Positions 1 to 9,464 of a stretch of 64,000 nt of DNA are shown here, piece by piece. A program made the position numbers and the translations under genes. Source of the DNA: a virus. The stretch covers positions 31,232 to 95,231 of IMG/VR virus record IMGVR_UViG_3300021960_000043; one strand, given 5' to 3'. Positions within the stretch are counted from its first letter, which is position 1; each line of letters begins with the position of its first letter. Under the pieces are notes generated by a model. That model saw only the letters and a list, made by a program, of their open reading frames with translations, ran no database searches and was not told where the DNA came from.

Positions 1-55
1 TGAACCTATAACAGTATTGGGTAATATATTTTTAGTGGTATATCAGAAAGAATGA
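1..55 (+). CDS. 3' end of an upstream gene (partial; ...EPITVLGNIFLVVYQKE*)
   Basis: Open frame from base 2 to TGA at 53-55, just ahead of the next gene. Confidence 0.5.
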   Translation, partial: EPITVLGNIFLVVYQKE

Positions 56-71
56 ATGGGTGGGATAATGA

Positions 72-356
72 ATGAGTTTTGGCTTAAAGCACTTAGATGT
101 TGAAGATATAGAAAGACTTCAAAAACAAGGTGTGAGAGCAGAAGAGCATTACCATCCTAACATAGTTACTGATGAAAAAAATCCTTTGAAGGGTGTTATC
201 ACTAAACAAAGAGCCAACGCTCAAAAAGCATCTGATGTACTAAATATCAAATCCGGTACTAGATGTACTCATTGTGGTATGCTTCATTTCATGTGGAGGG
301 AAAATTGTGCTACTTGTAAGAAACCAATGAATTATAACTTAGGGGTGAAAGAATGA
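72..356 (+). CDS. Small Zn-ribbon protein
   Basis: CTHC...CATC knuckles; ATGA overlap with the next gene. Confidence 0.7.
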   Translation: MSFGLKHLDVEDIERLQKQGVRAEEHYHPNIVTDEKNPLKGVITKQRANAQKASDVLNIKSGTRCTHCGMLHFMWRENCATCKKPMNYNLGVKE

Positions 357-1780
357 GTGATTTTTTTGAAGTTTTGAAAGCAAGACGTAAAAGAAAAGAT
401 TACTTATCTAGAAAGTACAAAAAAACATATGTCCACCATCCCGAAACAGGATTCAAAGGCACTGCGGGTCAATTTGCTAACAGACTAATGAATCAAAGGT
501 TTGCAGAATTAGGTATAAATCCTAAAGATTTAACTAAAGAACAAAGAGAAAATTATCGAAAAAAGATAGAAAATGATATTCTAAATATACCTGATATGAC
601 CGACCACACGTTCAATGATTTTGGTCTAAAACAAATTGATAAACCTTCTAAAGAAGAAGAACCAATCAAGTATGTTTCACATGCTGATGGCTTCAAAGGT
701 ACTATAGGTCAAAGAGCCTTTAGAATGATTCAAGATGGTATCAAAGGGGGTATGGACATCCCTGAACATCAAAAAGAAGCATTAAGACAAAACTTAGTCT
801 TAGACATGCAACAAAACCCTGAAAAGCATGGGCTTACTGAGATAGTTGGGGCGAAGCGGTCTGACTTTAGGAAGCCAAAATCCAAAAAAACACCCCAAGC
901 CGCTTCTACCCCACCAAAAATTGCACCAATTTTGCCAAAAGAACCTCAACAGTCTACTCCTGATGGTTTGAATATGCAAAAAGTTATGCAAGCGATGAAA
1001 TTATTACAGGATAATAATTTACCTGTAACCGCGGAAAGCATAGAGGCTCTCTTACCACATCTACCTGAACAAGACAGTTCACCTGTACAAAGTAGGTCAA
1101 ATCAAAGTGGTAATCCATATCCTACGGGCTTGACTCCTGAGGGTAAGTTCCAACCACAAAGATTGGGCCTTTCTTTTAGAGGTGATGAAGTAGAAACACC
1201 AGCACAAAAAGAAAAGATGTTGGAATACTTTAGAAATAATCCTGATAAAAGAGTTCAACATAGAAGAGAAGGAGATGAGTCAGAACAATTTTTGGCTTCA
1301 TTAATGAACAACATGAGTGCTGAAAGCGATGCAAAAACTGATTTTACTCAATACTTCCCTTCTAGATATGATGAAGAAGGTTTAGTAGGTGCTGACACTA
1401 GAAGTGCAACTGATGATATGGATAGACCTGAGATACCTGATTATTTAGACCCTGTGAAAAATAAAAAGCGAATAGAAAATATAGAACGTCAACAAAAAAT
1501 ATTCGATGCTAAAAGTGGTATGACTGAAGAACAATTGAACCAACAAAGAGTTAAGACGATGGCAGCACTTCAGGGTAAAAAAGTTGCTGATGATGCGGCT
1601 AGAGAAAAAGCGATGGCAGATGAAACTAAACCAGCCGAGCAAATGACAATGGCTGATTGGGAGAACCGATTAAAAATAAGTGCTGCGAATCCTACAGGCG
1701 CACCTCCACCAACATTGAATAGCAATTTTGATAATAATATGTTTGATGAAAACGGAAACTTGAAAGAAGAATACCAATGA
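353..1780 (+). CDS. Hypothetical 475-aa charged protein with a duplicated N-terminal module; possible internal virion protein
   Basis: Long ORF in the structural operon; two copies of YVxH..GFKGT(A/I)GQ.A.R(L/M). Confidence 0.75.
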   Translation: MSDFFEVLKARRKRKDYLSRKYKKTYVHHPETGFKGTAGQFANRLMNQRFAELGINPKDLTKEQRENYRKKIENDILNIPDMTDHTFNDFGLKQIDKPSKEEEPIKYVSHADGFKGTIGQRAFRMIQDGIKGGMDIPEHQKEALRQNLVLDMQQNPEKHGLTEIVGAKRSDFRKPKSKKTPQAASTPPKIAPILPKEPQQSTPDGLNMQKVMQAMKLLQDNNLPVTAESIEALLPHLPEQDSSPVQSRSNQSGNPYPTGLTPEGKFQPQRLGLSFRGDEVETPAQKEKMLEYFRNNPDKRVQHRREGDESEQFLASLMNNMSAESDAKTDFTQYFPSRYDEEGLVGADTRSATDDMDRPEIPDYLDPVKNKKRIENIERQQKIFDAKSGMTEEQLNQQRVKTMAALQGKKVADDAAREKAMADETKPAEQMTMADWENRLKISAANPTGAPPPTLNSNFDNNMFDENGNLKEEYQ

Positions 1781-1789
1781 GGATGAAAT

Positions 1790-3358
1790 ATGCCACAAGT
1801 GTTTAGTCCGGGTGAGGGAGAAACAAGACCTCTTGACCCCGATGCTATAGTTTACACAACTGCTCAAAAAGTAGCAGATTTACTTGAGATTGGCCCACAG
1901 GAAGCAGTTGCTGTTGCTCATGATAGTGATGCTGATGGTGTATATGTCACAGGAAGTGATTATAGAAACTTAGGTTATACTGTAGGTGATACGTTACTCA
2001 TCTATTCAGATGCAGACCCATTAGGATTAGAACGTACAATCACTTCTATCACTACATCTATTAATGGTGTTAAACTCAACTTCACTAGTAACATAACTGC
2101 TGCTGACTACCAATCTGCTGATAACACATATGTGCAAAATCTAGCCTCGTTCACCAATGGTAGAACAAGAGGCGTGAAGAGAAGTAAAGTGGAAGATTTA
2201 ATCAAAAGGTGTCAGGATAGAATAGATAATATTACTCATAATTCGTGGAGGCCAAACTTAGTCTCAGCAGAATATATTAATTTTGACACTTACAAACCGT
2301 ATAGGAGAAGATATTACACAGATTATGTTGGTACAACCCCCCTATTATTCAGAAATGTTCAACAAATACTCCGTCTAGAATTATGGCAAGGGGATGACTA
2401 TAGAGAAATAGGCGCATCTGAGGCTCGTATTGCTTTACCTGATAGTGTTAGAGGTTTGAGTGGTTCTATAGTTGTATCACCCGGAAATGGAAGTGCTGGT
2501 GTTCTTACAATAGGAACAGGCACAGGTCAATGGAGAGCAGATTTTGATAAAATAACATCAGCACAAAACTTGGTTGATTTGATAAATAAAGAAGATAGAG
2601 TTAACAAAGCGGCTGTTGATTTCAGCCCTGCTTTTACTTTAGAAGGTAGTACCGATAATGTTGGTGTACATAATGAGTTCTACGCTACGGCTAATTCTGA
2701 TTATGGTGCGGGTAAAGTGAAGATAACTAGTATGCGGTCTACTCAAGCAGGTGAATCTTGCAGCATCGTATCAACTAACACTAACTTAGAAATTAGCCAA
2801 ACACAAAGCCATGTTGCTACTTTTAGTAGCCTTTCTTCAACTACAATTACTGTGAGTGATTCTACCGGAAGTTTTACCGATGCTGGTGTTGCGGTTGATG
2901 TTAATGGAAAGGTATTCAGTTATACAGGTAAAACAGACACCACTTTCACAGGTTGTGTAATTGTGGTTGGTTCTGCTTTGACTGAAATCACAGGAGTGCT
3001 AACTCAACATATTTTACAAGTTGATTTACACGGTGGTAGTGCTAGTGGTGACAGAGGAAGATTGAGAGATTGGTGGATAGACAATGAAATGGGTATTATC
3101 TACTTTAACAATTCATATCCTTTCTTTGAGTGGAATGCTGTTAAAGTTGCATACATCTATGGTGAAAGATATTTAGAAAAGGCAATAGAAGATGTCTGTA
3201 CAAAAATGGTAGCCATTGATATTTTAATGTCTGATGATAGAAGTGTACTAATCCCTGAAGGTACACAAAACATAGACTTAGCATCTAAGGTACAACTCTA
3301 CAAACAAGATATTGATAAGATATTACCACGTTACATAGAGGTGGTAACTTTTGAGTGA
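1790..3358 (+). CDS. Head-tail adaptor (gp6/gp15-like) with large beta-rich insertions
   Basis: YTTAQKVADLL...VEDLIKRCQDRIDNIT and VKVAYIYG...AIEDVCTKMVA match the adaptor pattern; lies upstream of the tail genes. Confidence 0.65.
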   Translation: MPQVFSPGEGETRPLDPDAIVYTTAQKVADLLEIGPQEAVAVAHDSDADGVYVTGSDYRNLGYTVGDTLLIYSDADPLGLERTITSITTSINGVKLNFTSNITAADYQSADNTYVQNLASFTNGRTRGVKRSKVEDLIKRCQDRIDNITHNSWRPNLVSAEYINFDTYKPYRRRYYTDYVGTTPLLFRNVQQILRLELWQGDDYREIGASEARIALPDSVRGLSGSIVVSPGNGSAGVLTIGTGTGQWRADFDKITSAQNLVDLINKEDRVNKAAVDFSPAFTLEGSTDNVGVHNEFYATANSDYGAGKVKITSMRSTQAGESCSIVSTNTNLEISQTQSHVATFSSLSSTTITVSDSTGSFTDAGVAVDVNGKVFSYTGKTDTTFTGCVIVVGSALTEITGVLTQHILQVDLHGGSASGDRGRLRDWWIDNEMGIIYFNNSYPFFEWNAVKVAYIYGERYLEKAIEDVCTKMVAIDILMSDDRSVLIPEGTQNIDLASKVQLYKQDIDKILPRYIEVVTFE

Positions 3359-3749
3359 TGCCTTCATAGAAAGACAATTAGATGATTATATTTGGGTCAT
3401 AAAAGAATCTTATAAATCAAGTGAAATGCAAGAGTTATTGCAGAACTACATAAAAGGCTCGCCTCCTGATTATAGGGAGAAAATTAAAAATCAAGAATTA
3501 TCAACGTATGGTATGAAAACACAAGATGGTGTTGTCATAAAAGGTAATGGGGAAGAAGCAAAACCCGAAGATTTGCAAAAAATTGAAGATAATGTTGACA
3601 AAAGAATGTTAACAGAATCCCCTGCACTTAGAGAACAGAATCTACAATTAGAAGGCACTTACTTGTTTCCTGATAAAAAAGAGTTGAAAAAGAAAGCATA
3701 TGAAGAATTGAAGAAAACTAAAAAACTAGCGAAGGATGGGATTAACTAA
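3351..3749 (+). CDS. Hypothetical protein (neck region)
   Basis: ORF with GAGGTGG RBS, overlapping its neighbours. Confidence 0.6.
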   Translation: MSDAFIERQLDDYIWVIKESYKSSEMQELLQNYIKGSPPDYREKIKNQELSTYGMKTQDGVVIKGNGEEAKPEDLQKIEDNVDKRMLTESPALREQNLQLEGTYLFPDKKELKKKAYEELKKTKKLAKDGIN

Positions 3750-4198
3750 TGGTGGCGACTTATAGTGAAGCATTAGATGTCATCATAGACCTTTTTTCAA
3801 GTAATTGGAATAGAGGAAATACTGATAATATCAAACCGATAGTTGTTGATATTGCTAGTACAGACCCTGAAAGGGGTAAAAGAATTGATATGAAGAAACA
3901 TGACTATGTATTATGTTTTGAAACAGCACACAATGAAGAAGTTCCTGAGATATTATATGACTTTGTAACCACTAGAATCAACATAACGGTTGATATTAGA
4001 ACCACAAGAAGTAGAGACAGATTGAAGAAAATGGAGAACGAAATTAGAAGATTAGTTCACTCAAAACGCAAAGGAGATGGGGTAAATTACGATAGGTTAG
4101 TATACAAAACACGAACAGACCTATCCGATAGGAGTAAGCAATTGTTCAGAATGACCTTCCAAATAGAAGTAATTGTGTTTGCAGAACTAATACCATGA
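3749..4198 (+). CDS. Putative tail terminator/completion protein
   Basis: 149 aa, INITVDIRT...EIRRLV...FRMTFQIEV pattern, directly before the tail tube gene. Confidence 0.6.
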   Translation: MVATYSEALDVIIDLFSSNWNRGNTDNIKPIVVDIASTDPERGKRIDMKKHDYVLCFETAHNEEVPEILYDFVTTRINITVDIRTTRSRDRLKKMENEIRRLVHSKRKGDGVNYDRLVYKTRTDLSDRSKQLFRMTFQIEVIVFAELIP

Positions 4199-4209
4199 GG
4201 TGAAAAAAA

Positions 4210-6168
4210 ATGCCATCAACAGTCTATAAGGGTGATTTAACAGAAATATCATTCGGCCACGAAGCCACAGTAAAACTACCAACTTATTTTGATGAATCGT
4301 TTGTCTTTTCAGTACAGGCTGAAGATGCTAGTGCAGACACTACCACAGTCAGGTTAACAGGTTCAGGAAGCGCCACAGCGCCTATTTATAACGGTCAATT
4401 ATCATTCCCTATAGGTATGCTTGTAGGTTCAGAATTAACATTTTCTGATTTGGGTACTAGTCAAAACTTCAATTTAGATGACAACTTTGCTACATCAGGT
4501 AGACGTTATACTATTGTTAAGAATGAAATAGGCTCTAATTATACAGACATAACAATTACACCAAAGATGCTTAGTGGTACATCTGCTGCTACTACAGCCC
4601 TTGGAAATGGTACATTACACATTCATGCTTTCAAAACACCCGCTATGGAAGTGGATATGGAATATTCTGTTAATGCTAATGCATCATCTGAAAGTGTTGC
4701 TACAGACCAATTTATGGGTCTTATTAACACAATATCTCTTCCTGAAACAAAAGTGGATTTGAAGCGTTATCACGTTATAGGTCTAGGCCGAGATGTGGCT
4801 GTTCAAGTGCCGGGTAGATTCACTAATGTTGGTGGTAGTTTTGAAACCACAATGCACAATGCTAGGTGGTTGTATTATGGTTTAGGAGAAGAAACTGTTT
4901 CTTTCACACCTGATGGAAGTGCGCCTACTTTCTCAACAGCATCTGCTACATCTATTGGTGAGACTTTGATGACAACATCTACTGATTTAACATCGCCTTT
5001 AGGGAAATATGTTTACATTCAAGATGAAACGACTGTGCCTATACATTTGTATAAAGAGGTAGGAACACAGGAAACTTACGGTGATTCAGGTGTTGGGCCT
5101 GAAGATTTAGTTACAGACACTCAAAGTAAAGAAATGAGAAGAATTGTTGCTTACTATGAAAATGACACTACTAACACTAACTACATATGGTTAGATGAAG
5201 GTCTAAATTATGTACACGCATCAGGTAAAACTGTAAAAATGGTAGATTATTCAGCCGCCGCCGCTGCTAACAGTACACCTGTTTTGGACAATTCGACAAA
5301 AACAATTACTAATCCTGTTAACAGAATGTTATATTCTAAGAGTACAGTTCCATCTTTTGCTATGGAAGTTAGCATTAGAAGGTTAGACAATCAAGAAGAA
5401 GATGATACAGCAAATGAAGTTGTAGATGGTGGTGCTAGTGATTCTCAACAATTAACTAGAGTTTTCAAAGGTTGTAAAGTCAAAGAGTTCTCTATGGTGG
5501 CCGATACAGATGCTGCTGTGAGATTGAATGTTGGATTCGATGCTGCACTTTGTTACACTGATACAGGTAGACTTGAGGCTAGTAATAAAGGTGATAGATT
5601 TGATGTACATAGAATCTTTGAAGATACTGCTGATACAGTAGCAAAAAGAAGAGAAGCGGGTATTGGAAAAGGTACACAAAAACCATTCATGTTTTACAAC
5701 GGTCAAATACAATTAGGTGGTGTAACACTTGGACAAGTTATCTCCTTTGATTTGAAGGGTAAAACAGGGGTTGAACAATACTACACTATTTCAGGTAACA
5801 GAATGGCTGACGCAGCAACAGACCAAGTTCCTTTTGCTGGTGCTAGAAACGCTAGTCTTGCTGTAGAAGGTAAGACTGAATATGAATTAGATATGGAAAT
5901 CATAGTGGATAATCCTACTTTATTCCATCAAATGAGAAGAGCAGTTAGAAACTTCGACAATGCTAACAAGATGGTTAGATTGTCTTTCGTTAAACAAGGT
6001 ACAGCAGCAGCATCAGGTAGAGAAAGTATGGACATTGTAATAGATGATTATTTCATTACAGAAGCCTCTTTACCACTTCCTGACGACCAAGCCCCAATAA
6101 AATCCACCTTGAAGATTCTACCTAAGTCCATTAGAGTGTTTGCACAAGATACAGTTTTCCATTATTGA
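4210..6168 (+). CDS. Major tail tube protein with inserted decoration domains
   Basis: RVFKGCKV..FSM, GKTEYELDMEI and LPLPDD..PI tube-like motifs; GAGGTGA RBS; precedes the chaperone and tape-measure genes. Confidence 0.65.
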   Translation: MPSTVYKGDLTEISFGHEATVKLPTYFDESFVFSVQAEDASADTTTVRLTGSGSATAPIYNGQLSFPIGMLVGSELTFSDLGTSQNFNLDDNFATSGRRYTIVKNEIGSNYTDITITPKMLSGTSAATTALGNGTLHIHAFKTPAMEVDMEYSVNANASSESVATDQFMGLINTISLPETKVDLKRYHVIGLGRDVAVQVPGRFTNVGGSFETTMHNARWLYYGLGEETVSFTPDGSAPTFSTASATSIGETLMTTSTDLTSPLGKYVYIQDETTVPIHLYKEVGTQETYGDSGVGPEDLVTDTQSKEMRRIVAYYENDTTNTNYIWLDEGLNYVHASGKTVKMVDYSAAAAANSTPVLDNSTKTITNPVNRMLYSKSTVPSFAMEVSIRRLDNQEEDDTANEVVDGGASDSQQLTRVFKGCKVKEFSMVADTDAAVRLNVGFDAALCYTDTGRLEASNKGDRFDVHRIFEDTADTVAKRREAGIGKGTQKPFMFYNGQIQLGGVTLGQVISFDLKGKTGVEQYYTISGNRMADAATDQVPFAGARNASLAVEGKTEYELDMEIIVDNPTLFHQMRRAVRNFDNANKMVRLSFVKQGTAAASGRESMDIVIDDYFITEASLPLPDDQAPIKSTLKILPKSIRVFAQDTVFHY

Positions 6169-6177
6169 GGTGAATAA

Positions 6178-6843
<666 letters not shown>

Positions 6844-7140
6844 ACAGAAATATGATATTAGTGTAGACCCTGATAATCCTGACCTAATTATGGAGGTTTG
6901 GATAAGGGATATTAATTTCTTTGATGTTCAGAATGCTGCTCAAAGCATGTTCATCATTAAACCAAATGGTGAAACAGAACTTAACCTAGAAGGGTATTGG
7001 ACATACGCTTTCACTAATTGGGTGGTTAAAACCAACCCATCTTTAACACCAACAGAAATGACACAACTACAAGCACATGTAGCGAATCAAATAGTAGCCC
7101 ACTTGCCTAAGCCTGATGAAATGGCGGAGATGATGCAAGG

Positions 7141-7147
7141 GGGTTTT
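7141..7147 (+). other. Programmed -1 ribosomal frameshift site G GGT TTT
   Basis: X XXY YYZ heptamer in the chaperone frame; the -1 frame is open and continuous with ORF 7180..7446. Confidence 0.85.
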
Positions 7148-7446
7148 ACGAAGGCGAGCAACTGAGGATTAAGGGTTTTTTGAAGCATCGGAGAGTAAGA
7201 AACTCAGATGATTACAAAACCCAAAGTCAGTTGTTCGCCTACTTCGTATCGAAGCATTATAACATATCAATATGGGAGACACTAAACATGCCGTTAGATA
7301 TTTTTTATCAATCTTTAAATTGGGCTATTGTTATGGAAGAACGGGAACAACAAGAAAGAAGTAAAGAACGTCTTGGAAACGAGACATCAAACGAAACCAT
7401 TACACTTGACTACTCTTTCCTGAACTCGGAGGATGAGGAATGGTAG
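7147..7446 (+). CDS. Frameshift extension of the tail assembly chaperone (gpGT-like)
   Basis: -1 frame YEGEQLRIKGFLKHRR...SKHYNISIWETLNMP resembles gpT-like segments. Confidence 0.75.
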   Translation, partial: YEGEQLRIKGFLKHRRVRNSDDYKTQSQLFAYFVSKHYNISIWETLNMPLDIFYQSLNWAIVMEEREQQERSKERLGNETSNETITLDYSFLNSEDEEW

Positions 7447-8339
7447 CACCACTTGTAGCATTAGGTCTAGCGTTGTCTAGAACTCAAACTGTCACAAAAG
7501 CCGCAATTGGTGGTGTTGCTATACTATCTACTGCTGTTTCAGGAATAGGCACAGCATTCAAAAAAGTCTTTGATATGGGAATTAAGTTTGCTAGTAAAGC
7601 GTTTACTTTCATGAAAGATTTTTGGACTGAACACATACGCCCTTTGTTTGAACCTATAATTGGTGTTTTTGAAACTATATTTTCTACAGTCGGAACTTTG
7701 TATGAGGGTTTTGTTAATCTATTGGTAGACCGTTGGGAGGCTTTCAAAAAAATAGTCTCAAGTCTTAAAGATACACTTGATAGTGCATTTGAGTTAATCA
7801 CAAACCCATCTTTCGATGCATTAAAAACTCATTTTGGAAATGTACTAGTTTTCTTTGAAACTGTTTGGGATGAAACATTTGGTAGGATGTTTGCGTTTAT
7901 ATCTGACATTAATGTGTTTGACGGGATTAAAACCGCATTCACCACTATGTCAAATGGTATATCTTCCATATATGATATGACTCTAGCACCTGTGTTTTCT
8001 ATGATGCAAAGTGCTGTTGATACTGTGGTAAACGGTCTTACAACAGTTGCTAACAAAATAGCAGATGTTTTAGGTTCTGTTGCTGGCACTATATTAGATA
8101 TAGGAGGTAAAGGTGTTGATTTTGTCGCTGGTATAATACCCGGCGGTGGTGGCGGCGGCGGTGGTAGTACCGATACTGTTGCAGGTGGTGGTGGTGGACA
8201 CACATTCAACATCACAGTCAACGCTGGTGGTATTACAGATAGAACGGATAAATTAGCATTGGCTAGAGAAATAGCATCATTATTACAAACAGAAGTTGCT
8301 AAAAATATTGGTGCTACAACAAGTGCGATGAAGTATTGA
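7440..8339 (+). CDS. Short tape-measure-like protein (299 aa)
   Basis: Follows the G/GT chaperones; amphipathic helices with periodic W/F; Gly run then FNITVNAG...LAREI, typical of tape-measure C-termini. Confidence 0.65.
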   Translation: MVAPLVALGLALSRTQTVTKAAIGGVAILSTAVSGIGTAFKKVFDMGIKFASKAFTFMKDFWTEHIRPLFEPIIGVFETIFSTVGTLYEGFVNLLVDRWEAFKKIVSSLKDTLDSAFELITNPSFDALKTHFGNVLVFFETVWDETFGRMFAFISDINVFDGIKTAFTTMSNGISSIYDMTLAPVFSMMQSAVDTVVNGLTTVANKIADVLGSVAGTILDIGGKGVDFVAGIIPGGGGGGGGSTDTVAGGGGGHTFNITVNAGGITDRTDKLALAREIASLLQTEVAKNIGATTSAMKY

Positions 8340-8348
8340 GGTATTAAG

Positions 8349-9464
8349 ATGGCTGCTAGTGGAACACCTATTCGCCTTGTAAGAGAGGATGGCGAACTCA
8401 TTGAGTTAAATGCCACTAAAATAGTTATGAGTACAGATAGAAGGTTTGGGCCAAAATCAGTACCCTTCTCAGGAAGCAATAGAGTTTCTCTAGATTTGAA
8501 CTTGAATAAGGCTGTTATCTTAATTCAAGGTTTTTTCTCAGACGATGAGATAGCAGTTGGTGGAAAAAAAGCAGTTGCTACTATAGATTTTAATACATCA
8601 ACTAGGGCTGGTTATTTTCCAAAAAATCCTTTTGCTACAGAAAGCAATATAAGAAAAGTTTTTGCCTCAGACCAAAATACTAAATTAACTCTCAAAGACT
8701 CTAATGGTACAGATAGAGTTTTGAATATGGTGTTGGGTGGTAGTAATGCATATAATAGTGGTACAAAAACTGTTACAGTTACTGCTACAGCCACACCTGC
8801 TCAAATAGCAACACAGGTAAAATTAGGCTTAGATACTTCTTATTCTAGTTATTTTACAACTAGTATAGTTAATGGTACTACGGCGGTTGATGGAAATATT
8901 CTTAATTCCAAACTTATAATTACTCAAACTAGTGATGGTGCTGGTGGAAATAGTAGTTCTCCTTTTTTCACTTTAGATAATAAGTTGATAGGTATGCGTA
9001 TTCCAACTACAGAAGATTTTGCTGGTGGAAAAACTGCTAGTAGAAAGTCTGCTGGTGATAAAGCACAAGATATGTACAGTATAATGAACAATAGTAGTAG
9101 AAAAACTTTGAGAGCAGCAGGTCGAAGATTAGGTACTATATTTAACTCAACTAAACATGGAAATCCGTCTAATTCACTCTTAGGTAGCACAGGAAGCGAT
9201 TACATTGTTGGTATTCTCATACCTTTTAATTCTATATTAACTGATGGTGATTATACACCTAGAAACTTTTTCATGCCAACAGGGTTTTTTGACAAAGGTG
9301 AAAAAACTTCTAAAAATGCAAAAGCAGCAGGTACTCAGTTTAACGAAGTGGATAATTTCACAGGCATAAGCGGGGGTATGAAAAGTATGGAAATAATGTA
9401 CGATGCTGGTGAAGCAATATATACTTTCGATATGCAATTCTTACCTTCGGATGTGATGTTATAA
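8349..9464 (+). CDS. Distal tail (Dit-like) protein with inserted domain
   Basis: Position after the tape measure; C-terminal GISG...YDAGEAIYTFDMQF. Confidence 0.5.
   Translation: MAASGTPIRLVREDGELIELNATKIVMSTDRRFGPKSVPFSGSNRVSLDLNLNKAVILIQGFFSDDEIAVGGKKAVATIDFNTSTRAGYFPKNPFATESNIRKVFASDQNTKLTLKDSNGTDRVLNMVLGGSNAYNSGTKTVTVTATATPAQIATQVKLGLDTSYSSYFTTSIVNGTTAVDGNILNSKLIITQTSDGAGGNSSSPFFTLDNKLIGMRIPTTEDFAGGKTASRKSAGDKAQDMYSIMNNSSRKTLRAAGRRLGTIFNSTKHGNPSNSLLGSTGSDYIVGILIPFNSILTDGDYTPRNFFMPTGFFDKGEKTSKNAKAAGTQFNEVDNFTGISGGMKSMEIMYDAGEAIYTFDMQFLPSDVML

Noticed and set aside
4210-6168. Tail sheath assignment based on size
   Set aside because: Motifs are tube-like, and the chaperone and tape-measure genes follow with no separate tube gene
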